From contig CM120647.1 in NCBI GenBank assembly GCA_051362555.1, positions 13,926,651 through 13,990,650 of the forward strand: 64,000 bases of DNA, given 5' to 3'. This document shows positions 29,401 through 41,924 of the stretch, one piece after another. Under the pieces are notes generated by a model, which saw only the letters and a list, made by a program, of their open reading frames with translations, ran no database searches and was not told the origin of the DNA. Made by a program: the position numbers and the translations under genes. This DNA comes from Lingula anatina. Its lineage: Eukaryota; Animalia; Brachiopoda. Position 1 is the stretch's first letter. Every line of letters begins with the position of its first letter.

Positions 29401-30702
29401 GTATGCTCATCATTTGTCGTTATGGCAAGCTGTCAGCTTTAATTGATCAATTTAGTGTGAGAGCACATGTGAAGTCACTAGGAACCACTAAAGCCACTTA
29501 CCTGACCCTGTGTATGGCATTTCACTTCGCGCTGAAAATAGAATTTAAGATAAAAAAATACATAATTCGTGAAAAATTAAAAACATGAACAGTAATGGTA
29601 CTTCAGTGTGTGCATCGTTATCATCCTTGTTGTGTTGTATTAATTTGAAATTATGTTATCCGGCATAGGTCCCTAAGGGATGATCCTTAAGGGAAATGAT
29701 CATACTAGTTAATTTAGATTAGAATACATAAGTTGCATAAAACATCACAATATCAGCGTGGAACCCGCTAAAGAAGAAGACAAATTAATATACACCAGTA
29801 GATCTATGATAAGAAACGTGTGTGTGGGGTCGGAGTTAACCCCCCCCCCCCCCCCCCCCCGAAAAAATAAGGCTAACATTTGCAGACGCGTCCCGAAATC
29901 CTACTCTTCATGCCAAGTGTCCGTATATAAGCTACTATGGATCAAGCTACTATGATCATGTCATAATGACACGATTACGTTTCCATGTGAAACACTAAAA
30001 ACCACCGCAACCAAATAACAGCCCTTACTTGCGAAATAGACAGCGGCGGCCACGATACCGCCTATAACAAGCAGAGCTATCAATATGGGTATAACGGCAG
30101 AGGGTGAACAGCTCCTCTTGTCTTTCTTTTTCTTCTGTCCGAACACCTCCTGGTAGCTGTCAGAGCCGGAGGATGTGGAGAGAGGGGAGCTCTTGCCTTG
30201 TTCCGCGAAGTACCCATCTTTCACGGCATAGTATGCGAGGACCGGCTGATGACGGTATTCTCCCTGTGGCCCCCTTGCTGTGGGCACCGTGTACCCCCAT
30301 TCGTCGTACCGCGGGCCTGTAAAGGCGGCGTTGTCTGTCGAGCTGCCCTGACATTCACCAAAAATAAAAATAAATAAATAAATACTGTTGATTTTTTTTT
30401 TGTTTACTGTGAATCCGGTATTAATTAGCATCCTCCCCCATTAATGCACCCTCTCAAATGTGCATTTATTTATTTATTTATTTTATGGTTATTTATATAT
30501 TTATGTAGGCCTATTTATTTTTGTTCGGCTGCCACTGGACTGATAAAAGAGAATATAAGGAAGCTCGCGTTATTAACAAACAGTAAGTTAGCTCGTTTTA
30601 GCAGGAAATTCTGATTACGAATAGCTACACAAATATACCAATGACATTCCTTACCTCGTCAACCTCATAAGGCGCTCTTCTTGATCTCTGGTCACGTGGC
30701 AT
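1..30702 (-). CDS. Giant type II transmembrane mucin-like protein (TM-SEA-Thr-rich-SEA-EGF-cbEGF-[370-aa module]x>=7.4); 3' end lies outside the window
   Basis: Phase-compatible exons with canonical splice sites: 30702-30655 (ATG, in-frame TAA upstream), 30347-30029, 29531-29502, 29128-29013, 28415-28348, 27768-27584, 27281-26772, 26353-26250, 25870-25803, 25535-25388, 22869-22692, 22307-22191, 21341-21150, 18820-18788 (2116 nt in total). Then 7 exons per tandem unit from 18474 down to 1. The spliced frame stays open, about 3450 aa in the window. Confidence 0.88.
18788..18820 (-). CDS. 33-nt linker exon (GQIDGQDKKTPG), diverged paralog of repeat exon G
   Basis: tatag|...CCAG|gtatgca; phase 1-1; same length and same donor context as exon G (RSNVEPKGETPG). 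Confidence 0.75.
19250..20906. mobile_element. Non-autonomous TIR DNA transposon (Tc1/mariner-like TA target), copy 1
   Basis: 28-bp TIR CAGACTTGACATTTAATATGGAATATTT at both ends, TA on both flanks, 1657 bp, no transposase ORF. Confidence 0.9.
21150..21341 (-). CDS. Calcium-binding EGF exon plus short Thr/Pro linker
   Basis: DIDDCARLKPCKNGGACEDLLNSYRCDCNSGYSGKTCEVEPTPKPTQATTTTTT; 192 nt, phase 1-1, AG/GT. Missed by the ORF track. Confidence 0.93.
21945..22017. repeat. (AT)n microsatellite
   Basis: Pure TA run in the intron between the two EGF exons. Confidence 0.95.
22191..22307 (-). CDS. EGF-like domain exon
   Basis: EVNYCEGVTCHNGGTCKNLAKQYRCDCVPGYDPDDDCLS; six Cys; 117 nt, phase 1-1. Confidence 0.93.
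22692..26353 (-). CDS. Second SEA domain (4 exons)
   Basis: VFNNSLTVNSDYTPELANTSSPEYINLTVSFCNG / IQSIYQSSSLNGSFQSCEVTAVR / NGSLILEYLLAF... / VNFVNLVANVIIEAI...KESVKVE. SEA-like Y-x-x-x-L-x-N-x-x-S-x-x-Y pattern and GS-hydrophobic strand; the last exon ends in a GC donor (AAG|GCAAGT). Confidence 0.8.
22842..23050. repeat. Three diverged ~80-110-bp tandem copies spanning a splice acceptor
   Basis: ctaagttgacgaagttaacctaaaat / cttagaagacgaggttaacccaaaat / ctaagtggacgaggttacctgaaat; the first two are each followed by ...aat[a/g]caagttaatcaa. Confidence 0.75.
23584..25243. mobile_element. Non-autonomous TIR DNA transposon, copy 2, inverted relative to copy 1
   Basis: Same 28-bp TIRs and TA flanks, 1660 bp; the interior is the reverse complement of 19250-20906 with scattered substitutions. 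Confidence 0.9.
26367..26424. repeat. (AT)n microsatellite followed by (TAAA)n
   Basis: Direct inspection. Confidence 0.9.
26772..27281 (-). CDS. Thr/Pro/Ala-rich mucin stalk exon (170 aa)
   Basis: VAPATTTTTTTTTTTTPTTTP...; 510 nt, phase 1-1, AG/GT; mixed Thr codons argue for coding sequence rather than a simple repeat. Confidence 0.92.
27584..29128 (-). CDS. Membrane-proximal SEA domain (3 exons) with autoproteolysis motif
   Basis: SLTGQMTISNQNYSTALADRTSARFIALETEFCKG / VESSVQASQLSGSYSSCRVDRFR / AGSVIVDYTVLF...ILPASIQFE. FRxGSVIV matches the SEA G|SVVV site; GC donor at 27583. Confidence 0.9.
28112..28343 (-). mobile_element. Helentron-associated (HINE/DINE-1-like) interspersed repeat, diverged inverted relative of 32114-32322
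   Basis: ggaggtctgcgctctc..gagcttttctggtt is close to the reverse complement of aactagaaaagcactc..gagagtgcagacctcc. Shares the tttgatgaaa core and the aaggaggtt end. Family call from memory. Confidence 0.55.
28776..29000. mobile_element. MITE, PIF/Harbinger-like
   Basis: ~37-bp imperfect TIRs AGCCCCCTTTACATTGGACGGCGTCCTTTCTGCGTCC / GGACGCAGAGAGGACGCCGTTTAGTGTAAAGGGGGCT; TAA and AAA flanks. Confidence 0.8.
30029..30347 (-). CDS. Cytoplasmic tail and signal-anchor TM exon
   Basis: ...QKKKKDKRSCSPSAVIPILIALLVIGGIVAAAVYFA; a basic cluster directly before ~22 hydrophobic residues implies N-in (type II) topology. Confidence 0.9.
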
Positions 30703-32113
30703 TTTGTTTCTATGGAAACTGGGAAAGTATTACCAGTAAGTGTGAAATGTTGCGAATTTTCCTGACCGACCGTTAGACGTCAAAAAACAGCCATGTTGTA
30801 TATTTCTCTGTTTTTGAATTAGTATGTCCTCGTCTTAAAAAGGGTTACCTGAAAAGAAATTACAAACGTGAGCTCATTAAGTCAATAAGTAAGACACGAA
30901 CAGAGCTTTTTTATAAAGCTGACTTAGCTTCCCAGACTCGTTGCAAAACGACCTTTACCAAGATCAAATAAATTTTTTCCTTGTTCATCTGGATTTTCTG
31001 TGCATATTTTGTACTCTCTAGCAAAATAGATGAAAAATAAATACATGAAAAATAAGTTAGTAAGTCGGCTTATCATCACTATGTATGGCCATTATAAATG
31101 TCGTAGATCGAGTCTCGAAAGAAGTACCAAATTGGTGCATTAAATACCACCCTCATCACACACACGCACACACACACACACACACACTTGTAAGAAAAAT
31201 GCAAAACATATTTGGCAGAGCCCAAGTGGCTCTAACTACAAAACTGCCAGTACACATGCTGGTAATGGCTGAAGCACAATCCCTTTTATATATTGGAATT
31301 AAGGCTAAGCAGAGATATTTGGCAAGAGTTATCATATGTACTAGTAGCCTGTAACACAAATGTTAAAAAGCAGTGTGATTTCATATAGTATTTTAAGGGG
31401 TCCTGATATTAGAGGGTACACCACCAACTACACCACCACCAGAGTGCACTTCCACCCAAATGCCACGGTGACACCGTGCGCCAATATCATATGGTCCCCC
31501 ATTGTGGCTATTATTTGTAAGCTTAGAACTCGCGTACTGTCTACATTCCGAAAGAGATATCTGATCTCTGAGGTGAACTGGAGATCTTCCACACAACAAG
31601 CGGTAGCACTATTGTTCAACAACACTACAGTGATAGGGGGCTATTGTGAGAAAGCACGTGATGGTTTTGCGTTATTTGCTGAGCGTGCTGTGGACACCAC
31701 TTCGTATCTTCGTCTGACCAAGCCTGTGTTTTCTTGGTCTGACCTTCACATAGACGGTAGTAAACATGTAGGGTAAGGGTTAGGATTAGGATTTTTGACC
31801 GCCTGTCTTTTCATATTTTAGAATATGTCCAGTAAGACTGTAAAAAATATGATACACTGTGTCAGTCTAGAAAAAGGGTGGAACAGTTCGCGAGATTTTC
31901 TGTCTGGATCAGCAGCTTTCCCCTTTCTTTTTTTTTCTTTTTTTTTTCATTTATAGTCGGACCAAAGCTGATAGGGGGTAATTAACTAGCGCTTAGCAAC
32001 TTCAGTAGGTGTGTCAGACATCTAAGCCGCTTAAGCTGAAAGCAATTTAGCGAGAAACCCTTCGGAGATCGATCTAGGTATGGGAATGGGGTGTAAGTAC
32101 ACTAAATGAGATA

Positions 32114-32322
32114 ACTAGAAAAGCACTCCGAGAGTGCAGACCTCCGCCAATTTTTTTATTATTATTATTATTATTATTGATTATTAATTGATTTTTGATC
32201 CAGATTACCACCAAAAAATTTCATCAAAATCGGTCCATAACTTTTTGAGTTATGTTGATGACAGACAGACAGACAAACAAACAAACAAACAGGGGTGAAA
32301 ACAACCTCCTTGGCGCAGGTAA
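32114..32322 (+). mobile_element. Helentron-associated (HINE/DINE-1-like) non-autonomous repeat
   Basis: aactagaaaagcactc...gacctccgcca; core aaatttcatcaaaatcggtccataactttttgagttat; (GACA)n(AACA)n microsatellite; 3' hairpin aacctccttggcgcaggt. Family call from memory. Confidence 0.6.
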
Positions 32323-33770
32323 CAATGGGTTACCGTCGTTCCTAAGATAGCAGTCGGGTGTAACGCCGACGACCAGTGCCTGATCCACAGAATGAATCAC
32401 ACACACAGTAGTAACAAACTTCTAGGAAGAAATTGAGAAATAAACAAACCTGTCTATATCGAGTGGTGAAGGGGGGGGGGGGGGGGGGGGGCTCTCTCTA
32501 TCACGGTGGCAGATGATATAGGGAGAAATGGAAAAAGCCAAGTGACTTTCTATTTATCTAGAGACATATCCATGAATATCTGTGAAAAATCAATCTGTCG
32601 CCTTGGTAGAGGGTAGGGGGATCGATGTTCCAAAAGCGTGTGCATTTTATTTCTGAAAATGCAGTACCGGGGGGGGGGGGGGGGGGCAATCCGCCTTGAT
32701 GAGCTTCCAGTAATTTCTAAAACTAAAACTCTTATCCGTCCAGTTGCACAATATGTTTGACAGCACTTCTACTAATTAAACAAACACCCACTTAACCCAC
32801 GTTAACGACTGCCCAAATATACTAATTATAAGTACTAACACCAGAGGATAGGCCGGCGGGATTAAGCCGGGTACATCCTTGAAGTACTCAAATAAGGGAA
32901 AAATATGCCCAAACAGACCAAAAATTAGGTAGCATAAATGTTACCCTTTTGATAGATAAAATGCATAAATTGACGCTCAAAGGTATGCATTTCATTCAAT
33001 GCTTGGTAAGTTCCTGGCAGTATATCGTATTCGTGACAAGTTGGGGGGGGGGGGGGGGGTTATAATTAGTGATGTGAAAACCTTGAACGTAGTAATTGTT
33101 GTAGTTTTGTTAAAGCTGATTTTCAAAACCACAAATACAAGACAAATGGCTATTTAAAATCTTGTAAGTAAAAAACTAAGACAGTATTTGTACCTCAGCG
33201 TAATTAAAAGCCCCTCACCCCAGTCTTCACATTAAGACTAGTGCCTTAGGATCTTTTACAGAGTTGACAACGTTGCAGTATTCCAATATACTTGAATAAA
33301 AATCGACGAGTATTTTCTTATGTCTTTTCAGCAAACCAGATGACACGTACGCAATAAGAATACACAAAAAAATGCGCCGAACTGCCTTCCAGACCACATT
33401 TTGGGACACTCTTATAGACCACCTTTGGTAAAAAAAAATCAACCTAATTACGATTTGGAATCCCTATTAGCAGCAATACTTCGTGTTAATTTGATATCCT
33501 CAGCATAAACCTGACGAACTAACACTGGTATGAGAGTCTACAGAAATAGACCATCCGCAATAGAGGTCTACATTCCCAAGTTAAGTGTATAACGTCCCAA
33601 TTCTCTCCGTCTTATTGTTTGTGGACAGGTATAACAACTTAAGTAGCAGCGTCCACTGAACGCTTAACAATCTGATGATGACCACGTCTTTGAGAAGTTA
33701 TGCAATAGGCAACAACAGAATCCCCACAGACGCTTGATTCTATTATTGATCACACCTTTAAGCCAGACGC

Positions 33771-34290
33771 CACCCTTGGCTTACCTTAAACCTGGCTGCT
33801 GTAAGGTTATAAATGTACATGTATATATGTGACCCACAAGCATGCCTGTATAAATATACGAAATTTCCTTAGGCACACTTGTATAATAATTTGTAAGTTT
33901 ATTTTAGATTTTTTAATGAAACGCCGTGTGGTACACGTACTTTATGATATGAGCACTGTTCTCGTACATGTACAAAATTTATATACCAAAAGAAAAACTA
34001 TATATAGTACATCTGTCTCTTTTGCTTATGAGAATTATCAGCTTACCACCCTTGGCTTACCTTAAACCTGGCTGCTGTAAGGTTATCAATGTACGTGGAT
34101 ATATGTGTGCCTCTAAATACGAACATTTCCTAGGGGACATTGTAGAATTATAAGTGTTTTTTTTTAAAGATTTTAATGTCGTGTGGTACACGTACTTTAT
34201 GATTTAATTACTGCTGACGTACATGTGCAAAATTTATGTACCCAAAAGATATAGTGTACCTGTCTCATTTGTTTATGAGAATAATCAGCT
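33771..34290. repeat. Two-copy tandem duplication, period ~276 bp
   Basis: cacccttggcttaccttaaacctggctgctgtaaggttat at 33771 and 34047, with collinear diverged downstream sequence. Confidence 0.85.
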
Positions 34291-34856
34291 GCTGCCCCGT
34301 ATAGAGGGGAGTTCGTGGGGGAGGGCACCCTAGATTACTACTTGATGTACCGGTAGACTCTGTGTGAAAGCTGAAGTCGGACTAGTCGATTCGGGTTAAA
34401 TGAGGTCGTAAAAAAGTCCACTAAAATTTATCCCTCTCACCCCACCCCCCTTTGGAATTACTGGATACAGGTTGGACCTGTATACACTTTCAAACTAGAA
34501 GCACAGATGTATTAGTCCGCTAATTACAAATGTCGCTATTCTACATAAACTAAGGGTAACAAGGCCACTGCCACTAAATAACTGTACGATACCAGTAGTT
34601 TGGCTTTGTTTGCAAATTCTACCTGAACCTGTAATTAAAACACTTTCACAAAGCAGTGTCCGAGGTTAAAATGAACAGGCGCTTTCCATTGCCTTAAAAA
34701 GCTAATTATTTTGATGGCTTCGTCTTCTGGAGATATCTATCTATAGTCACCTTACGCTGTCACCTTTAATTTCTGCAGGTATTAGTGCATTGTAAGTCTC
34801 ATATTGGTGGGAAACGATCAGACAATTACACCATCACTTACTTGGTCACATGATTT

Positions 34857-34907
<51 letters not shown>

Positions 34908-36056
34908 TTTTTTGTCGTTTAATTCTGAACAGCACTAGCACTTCTGTAATATTTTACCTTACGAATTTATAATAAAAGAACTACTTTGTCACCACATTTT
35001 AATCAATGTGATCATATCAGTATATGAAGTTAATATGCAGTTACTTTACATGTATGCACCATTGATTCTATTTTTCTTCAAATAACAGTATGAAATTAAT
35101 ATACTGTGTATTAATGTATAATTTAACCAAAAACTGTCGGATTAAGTTATCCCGTAATCTTTGTAGCAAAAGTTCTGGCTCTATATTACACGTGTATCAT
35201 GCATGCAGCAACCAATGCACTGGTGAGCCCAATAATAAAAAAGGTCGATATACGGAGAAAGGACAACACCCAAAGAATGTACATTGTTCAGTACCTTGGT
35301 ATACTATTGTTGAATTGTGATTGCGAAATCTACATGTCCTGATACTTCGAAGAACCCGTAATTTAATTTAATTTTGGAATTTAATGGGATTTCCAGGTAA
35401 AATTGTTTGCCTGTCTCTAATGTGTTTAACAACCGTAGCCTGTGTCCTGTCCGCCCCTAATTTTAGACGTGTAATATATTGCTTGTTAAATGGAGAAGTG
35501 CCAATAATCGGTCGATACTACTGTAGTATTATGATAGCGACAGCACAATACAGGTGAGGAGCTGGTCTGTAATTAATGCACACCTTGCTAACTCCCTGAA
35601 AATAGCTCCTACTCAAAATTAAAAGGTTCATGGTCTCTCCGTGTCGGATATGAAGAACGGGAAAGATAAAATACACTGGACAGTATGCATGATAGCCTAC
35701 GGAACACCCACATCCCCCCTACCCCGCTTACACTTCTATCTGACTGAAACTGCTATCAATTGTGTTTGGCTGGTTCATTACGATGTTTAGCAAGTCCAGT
35801 CTAAAGTAGCTAACAAAAACTTAAGCAATGGCTTATTCATCGTGCTCAGTTTTTTTGAAACAGCGAGCAATTGCGTTAAGGCAGAGGATTGCATTCAAGC
35901 GGCTCTGTAGCTATGTGACTGCTGTGCGTTCCTCTGTTATACCTGCGTCAAGACAACGCTGATACATGTATTGTCTCTTCACCGAAATCAACGTTAGCGT
36001 TAAATACAGCAATTACACCAATTAAGCAATTAAGTTAACACGTTTTTAACACCTAC

Positions 36057-36296
36057 CTGTCCAGTTGAGAGTAAGAGGGTCGGGGTGTCCGGTCGTAGTC
36101 ATTGAAACAGGGTGACCACTGGCCTAGTTATTGACGCCGTTCACACAACACAATACAATGCCGCTTGGGTGGAGTCAGTGAAAAGTAAGCATGTATGAAG
36201 GGACTACAGTTTACACATGTGCTTAAAACCCATCGTTCAGGTTACTCGCTATGTGTACACTCTCCTGTGTCCTCCTTCTACTTTAACCTTTTTATA
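36057..36296 (-). promoter_or_regulatory. Candidate TATA box and non-coding first exon of the SEA/EGF gene
   Basis: Minus-strand TATAAAA at 36296-36290 and a CAG|GTAGGT donor at 36057/36056. The ATG exon has an acceptor at 30849, so an upstream exon is expected. Tentative. Confidence 0.3.
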
Positions 36297-36887
36297 CAAC
36301 AGAAAACCAATTATATCAGATTCTATGTAAGTGCTATGTACATGTATATTTATTGTCTCAGACCTTAATATTTGGACAGCGTCTGCTTTATAACCCTATA
36401 CCTAATTTTTTTTATGTTTCTGTCCCTGCAAATATCTTTATGTTTCGTGACTTAAATTATTCACAACCTAAACATGATTTTTAAAGAAAAAATATTAACA
36501 TTTCAAAGAGGTGAACGTCGACAATGATCAGGCTCAAGTCTCCTATTAAATATTTACATGCATATTCATTGTAAAGGGATATTTTGCGAGGTGCTTACCT
36601 AAATAAAATGGAATGCTGGACGGGGAGCTAACACAAAGGGCGGTAATATAAGCGGCAGGGTTTACCCACGACTTGTAGGCCTACACTCTCTAAAAGAGGC
36701 TATGACTTGGCATAACTCACCATGTGACGAAGTAGACCAAATGGATAGAAAAATAATCTTTATCAAAAAATCAGCGCCGAGTATTTTTTCAGCATTCTGT
36801 CCAGAGGTGACACAAGCATTAAACTATTTTCGAATAGAGGAAACATTGATTGTTATTATTTTTTAACTTAATTTTTATTTATTTATT

Positions 36888-36923
<36 letters not shown>

Positions 36924-37644
36924 TATTTATTTATTTTTTTTTTTGAAATATACACAGCACAGAAATAAATAAATGCATGGTGGTATCTGGAAAGTTAAGA
37001 AATGCGTTGACTAGGAGGAGGGGAGCACCATTCAAACTATTGCGAAACAGCGAATAAGAAGGGGGGGGATACATGAAGTCTTTTCTAATAATTGCTTGCT
37101 TCATAATGAATCTCATTTGAAATAATTGCGAAATTGCAGTTACCAGTACATTCTCATATAGCATACTTAGTCTTTTCACGAACAGGAAATTTTCGACACT
37201 TACAAATCATTTTAATGCTTAAATGCATTGAACCATTACCCTATTCATTGTCTTTTCATTATTGAAAGTATGAATCACGTCATGATCAGTCACGACTCTT
37301 ATTTTGAGAAAAAATGATGAGAGTTTAAACAGTTTAACAGTGTAAATAAAGCCAGAGAATCGCAAAGTACGTTATGCACTTTGACAAGTTGCCCTGGACT
37401 CTCTCTCGGATACGAGCACGTACACATACAGAGACAGGAAGCCTATAGGTGCATATGTTAATTTTCTGTCTATGGCGCTATGTTTTAGAATAGAACAGAA
37501 TATCATCATATCATATCATATCATATCTCAAGGTTCTTTTCGTTCTTTCTTTCATAATATGAGAAGTCATGTACCAGTGTGTACGATTAAGGGTATTTAA
37601 TTGTTTAAAGGTGTTTAAAACGCTTGTATGAACGTTTTCTTCAA

Positions 37645-37687
<43 letters not shown>

Positions 37688-37891
37688 AAAGGAGAAGTTT
37701 AAAATTAGAATTATATTAAACTTAAAATAAAACTAATAAATAGCTGTATTCGAACAGCAAAATCTTCAAACTAAAAAAAAAACGTTTTTTTTTCTTTTTT
37801 TTCTTTTTTTTGTATGCAGAAAACTATTATATACCGGGGTACATCTATACAATCGAAACCGTTTGTTTGTTGAAACGTTTCCTTTGCACAT

Positions 37892-38176
37892 CAGTGGCAG
37901 ATTTAGAGGGGGGGAAGGTGGGGTTTAGGGGGGTCCTGACCCCCTTTCGATTTCTGAAAAAAACGGAAACGGATGGACTCCTCTTGAAATTAGAATTTTG
38001 ACTAGCTGAATCATAGTGCTAACCCGTACTAAATGGCACCGTTCGCCCTCTAAAATACCAAAAATATTCGGGGCCCTTTAGCGGGCCCCGGACCCACGCC
38101 AAGGGGGTGGGAAGGATCAGCTTCCCATCGGCTGACACCCCCCCCCCCCCTTCAAATAATCCTTAATCCGCCCCTG
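37892..38176. mobile_element. hAT-like MITE
   Basis: Termini CAGTGGCAGATTTAG / TTAATCCGCCCCTG, GC-rich interior; second copy at 59849-60089; TSD not clear. Confidence 0.65.
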
Positions 38177-38617
38177 CACGCTATACTTTTTTTGACGTCA
38201 TTTTGCACCGGTATATAACTATTTCCAGGGTTTGAGATTTTTATATGTATACATACTTATGTATGTCTTAAATAACGCAAGCCTAATAAACACCAAGAGA
38301 CGTCGCCAAGCACACAGCCTAACAAACGCTAGCGTCAAGTATACCGAGTAAATTTGTATACCCTTTATAAGGCGATCATTCCTATGGCTCGTGACAAAAG
38401 TGAACAACTGTCAAACAAGAACAGTAGGTTTGTTTGGAAAGGTTTCATAAGTTGCACCTGTTTGCGCATTAAGTTAGTATTCAAATATAAAGGGTACATT
38501 TACTAGTTTATGATTCAGCCACAGGAATGTTGACCGCGCTGCAGCCTTCGTCCCCCTCTGTTAGAGATTACCGGTATTTCATTTTCATGCATTGGCCCGA
38601 ATGGATGTATATTGTAC

Positions 38618-38620
<3 letters not shown>

Positions 38621-38686
<66 letters not shown>

Positions 38687-38760
38687 TAGAATATTGGCTG
38701 TGAATGTGTTTGTATATTGATGTACATGTGTGTGTGTGTGCTTGTGTGCGCGCGTGAGTG

Positions 38761-38808
<48 letters not shown>
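38621..38808. repeat. (GA)n microsatellites with a short (GT)n
   Basis: Direct inspection; these explain the SLSLSL ORFs. Confidence 0.95.
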
Positions 38809-38811
<3 letters not shown>

Positions 38812-39994
38812 CAGACATTTTCTAGGTGGTCTTTTATTTACAATACATTATTCAATCTCACGTTAAACTAAGACCCCAACCAATGACAATACAATACTTC
38901 GGATCGAACATATAAATATCGGTATAAAAGTTAAAAAAAAATTAGGACATACGAGGCGGGAGCACTTTATGCCTTTATCCTACCGTTTCTAATTCATTAT
39001 TTTAATTTTTATCGATCTTTTTAATTTTAATTTATCAATCATCAGAACAAAAAGAATGCTTATAATGAAATTATGTTGATTAAAATCAATAATAATAAGA
39101 AGATCAACAACAACAACAATAATAATAATGATAATGCTATTTTGTTCTGTTTGTTTATGCATTTTTATTTATCTATTTTCCTCTGTAGTGGGCCTCTATT
39201 TTCACAATTGTGTTAGGTGGGACACATCTCACCTAGCACAGCTGACATTATTGTGGTCGTTATCTGGTAACCATTCCATGTCCTGAAATCATGTGTATAA
39301 TGTTTGTGATTGTGTGAATACGTGTTTTTATGTTTTTTGTACAATAGTAAATGTGCGTTGAAATGTGTTTATACTTCGTCAGTTAACAAGAACCTGGATA
39401 GCCTCATTCCCTGATGAAGAAATACTGGAGGTAAACTAAATGTATTTCAGTATTAAGCTCTTGACTGAAGAAAAAATTGACTTTATTTAAAAGATTACAC
39501 ATACCAACAACTCTCCCATCAAAGAATATTTTATAAACGATTCAATGAAGAGAAGATCACGATGGCATCCACGACTCACTGAGATGAAAACTACAAAAAC
39601 AGAGTTAACAAGAATTTCAGCACATAGATGGCGCCTTTGTAGGTCTAATGCACGAATTTGAGTCTACCTCTACACTTAAGAACGTTCGGCCATATCTGTT
39701 CCTCACGAGGGTTGAGTTCAGACCATGAATTCTAGAGACTAAATACCCGGGTTCTTATTAGAGGGACAGGGCCTTGTCAGTTAGTGCCGCGGTCAAGAAG
39801 GCTGGCCAAGAAAATTCGTCCAGCAGTGGACTGTGAGAGAGAGAGAGACACATGCTCAACCCCTCGACCCCCTGCCTCGAAACCGGCTTTTCACAGATAA
39901 AGGACATTTAGGCATGTACCTGGCCCTGTAAGGGACATATCTTTATAATAATTAAGCAACTGTGAGTAGATAAAGAAAAGCCCAAGTAGCCGTA

Positions 39995-40747
39995 ATGAAC
40001 AGGAGAATGGCGTACCAAAAGCTGGATGAAACCAGCGTTGTCTGCCACAGTCTGCAAGACTATAACGTGTTCATTGTGGGGTACAAGGGACACGGCAAGT
40101 CAGCCGCTATGATGAACATTATTCGGGACGTAGATTATAAGGGAGCCGCGAGCTACAAAATAGAGGAGAGAACACACGAGAAATGTACATTCTATGATAC
40201 GCCAGGTTTCGGCTCACTGGACATAACGGACACGCACGTGCAGCGCGTGATAAACGCAAAAGCCCACGCGGTCGGTGAAGTACACGCTTTGTTATTCGTG
40301 CTGCGTTATTCGCGCATCACAAGCTCCGTGATTACTTTAATACAACAACTTAAGGATGCATTCGGGCAAGACTACCACAGACGCACCATCATAGTCTTTA
40401 CTTTCACTAACCATGAAGCCGAATTAAAGTTAGCCGACTATTTGAATGACAGTCCGCCGGAATTTCAGAAATTTGTCGGCTCGTGTAATGGCAGGGTGAT
40501 CATGTTGGAAAATTCTGACTTCCAGACTGGGGAAAATGCTGCCTCACAAATTGTGGACATGATAACGAACAGAATGCATTCAGAGCCATTGATAGTTCCA
40601 TGGTCTAGAGTAAGTAATCTTATTGACGCATGTCAGTTGTTTAGGTAAATAGAAAAATAAGAAATAACGGAATTAATGTTCAGAAAATAATAATGAATGA
40701 ATAAATGAAAAAAAAATATGCGAATGAATGAATGCATGCTATTGTGA

Positions 40748-40824
<77 letters not shown>

Positions 40825-41130
40825 GGGGAGGGCGGGAGAGAATAAGTGAGAGAGGACGTGAGAGAATGAGAGAGAGAGTGAATGAAAGAAAAAAAGTACG
40901 GTTTGAACCATTCTTATGATATTTTAACAGGTCTGGGTCAGACAACGTTTGCATCGACGAATGAATAAAAGAATAAGCTTACAAAGAATTATTATTTATT
41001 TATTTATTTATTTGTCTCGTTCCAGTTGCACGCGTGTTTGTGGGCGTGTCTGGACCTCGTGGTGTTCGTGATTTCCAGTGTATGGCAGGGCCTGTGTCAC
41101 CTGTACAGGGTCGTAGTAGGACGGAGGTGA
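39995..41130 (+). CDS. AIG1/GIMAP-family GTPase A, tail-anchored (239 aa)
   Basis: Exons 39995-40609 and 41026-41130. G1 GYKGHGKS, G3 DTPG, conserved box VHALLFVLRYSRIT, IIVFTF; tail LHACLWACLDLVVFVISSVWQGLCHLYRVVVGRR*. Confidence 0.88.
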
Positions 41131-41924
41131 TGGGAAAAATTGGACAGTCTAAACGTTTTGTATAAAAGAAAATACGTGCTCTAAGTATGACTTTTTAAAA
41201 ATTTAGTAGAAAAAGTAAGAAAGGGGACTGAAGTGGGGTGCAGGTTTTCATTTACAAATCAATAAATAAATTAATTAATAAATGGCTTGTGCAAGTTGCA
41301 TTTCCATTTGTATGAATATTGTGTATGTTTCTTAAGAAGAGAAAGTAGATAATATTTTTTTCTAGGGAACGGTTGTTATTTGTCCAAACTGGATTTTTCT
41401 GTAGGTAATAGATGAGATCGTAATGCGGTCAACCACTTTTTTTCAATCTCACATGTAGACTTTTAGACTCTAAAAGCAGGATAATCGTGATATTCAAACA
41501 ACTATTAACGTTCACATTACATTGTAGCTGTATTTTTAAAGAGGTTAAATGGTGCATGTGGTGAAATATACATGAATAAATTAAATTAAATGTCGAATAT
41601 CGTGTTAGTTTATGAAGCAGTTTTGTCTATAACTGCTTATCTTTTTTATTTCTTTTTTTAATATATCCTGTGTTTTATTTAATTTACCTATTCTTGTTAG
41701 TAATTAATTAATTTAATGTATCTCAGCGTGTTTGACTTTTTTACTTTTCTCTGCGTACGCATCGCGTTTTAAACATTTGTTTACATCAGACTAGAAACTG
41801 AAATTTAAAACAAATATTTGTATCCATCATTTTCACACGTAAAATTGCGGCCCACCTCTTGCTACAAACAGCGCACGTCTACTTCCCCCCCCCCCCCCCC
41901 CATTTCCGCCCGCTTCTAGCTTGC

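Noticed and set aside
31360-31776. 138-aa plus-strand ORF
   Set aside because: No recognisable motif or convincing splice context; likely chance or a decayed repeat, although I cannot exclude it without a search.
32471-33059. Cluster of long poly-G runs as a G-quadruplex regulatory element
   Set aside because: G/C homopolymers occur throughout the window; nothing specific supports a function here.
39621-39635. CTCF-like TAGATGGCGC motif upstream of GIMAP A and F
   Set aside because: Imperfect match, and its presence in both places is explained by the recent duplication.
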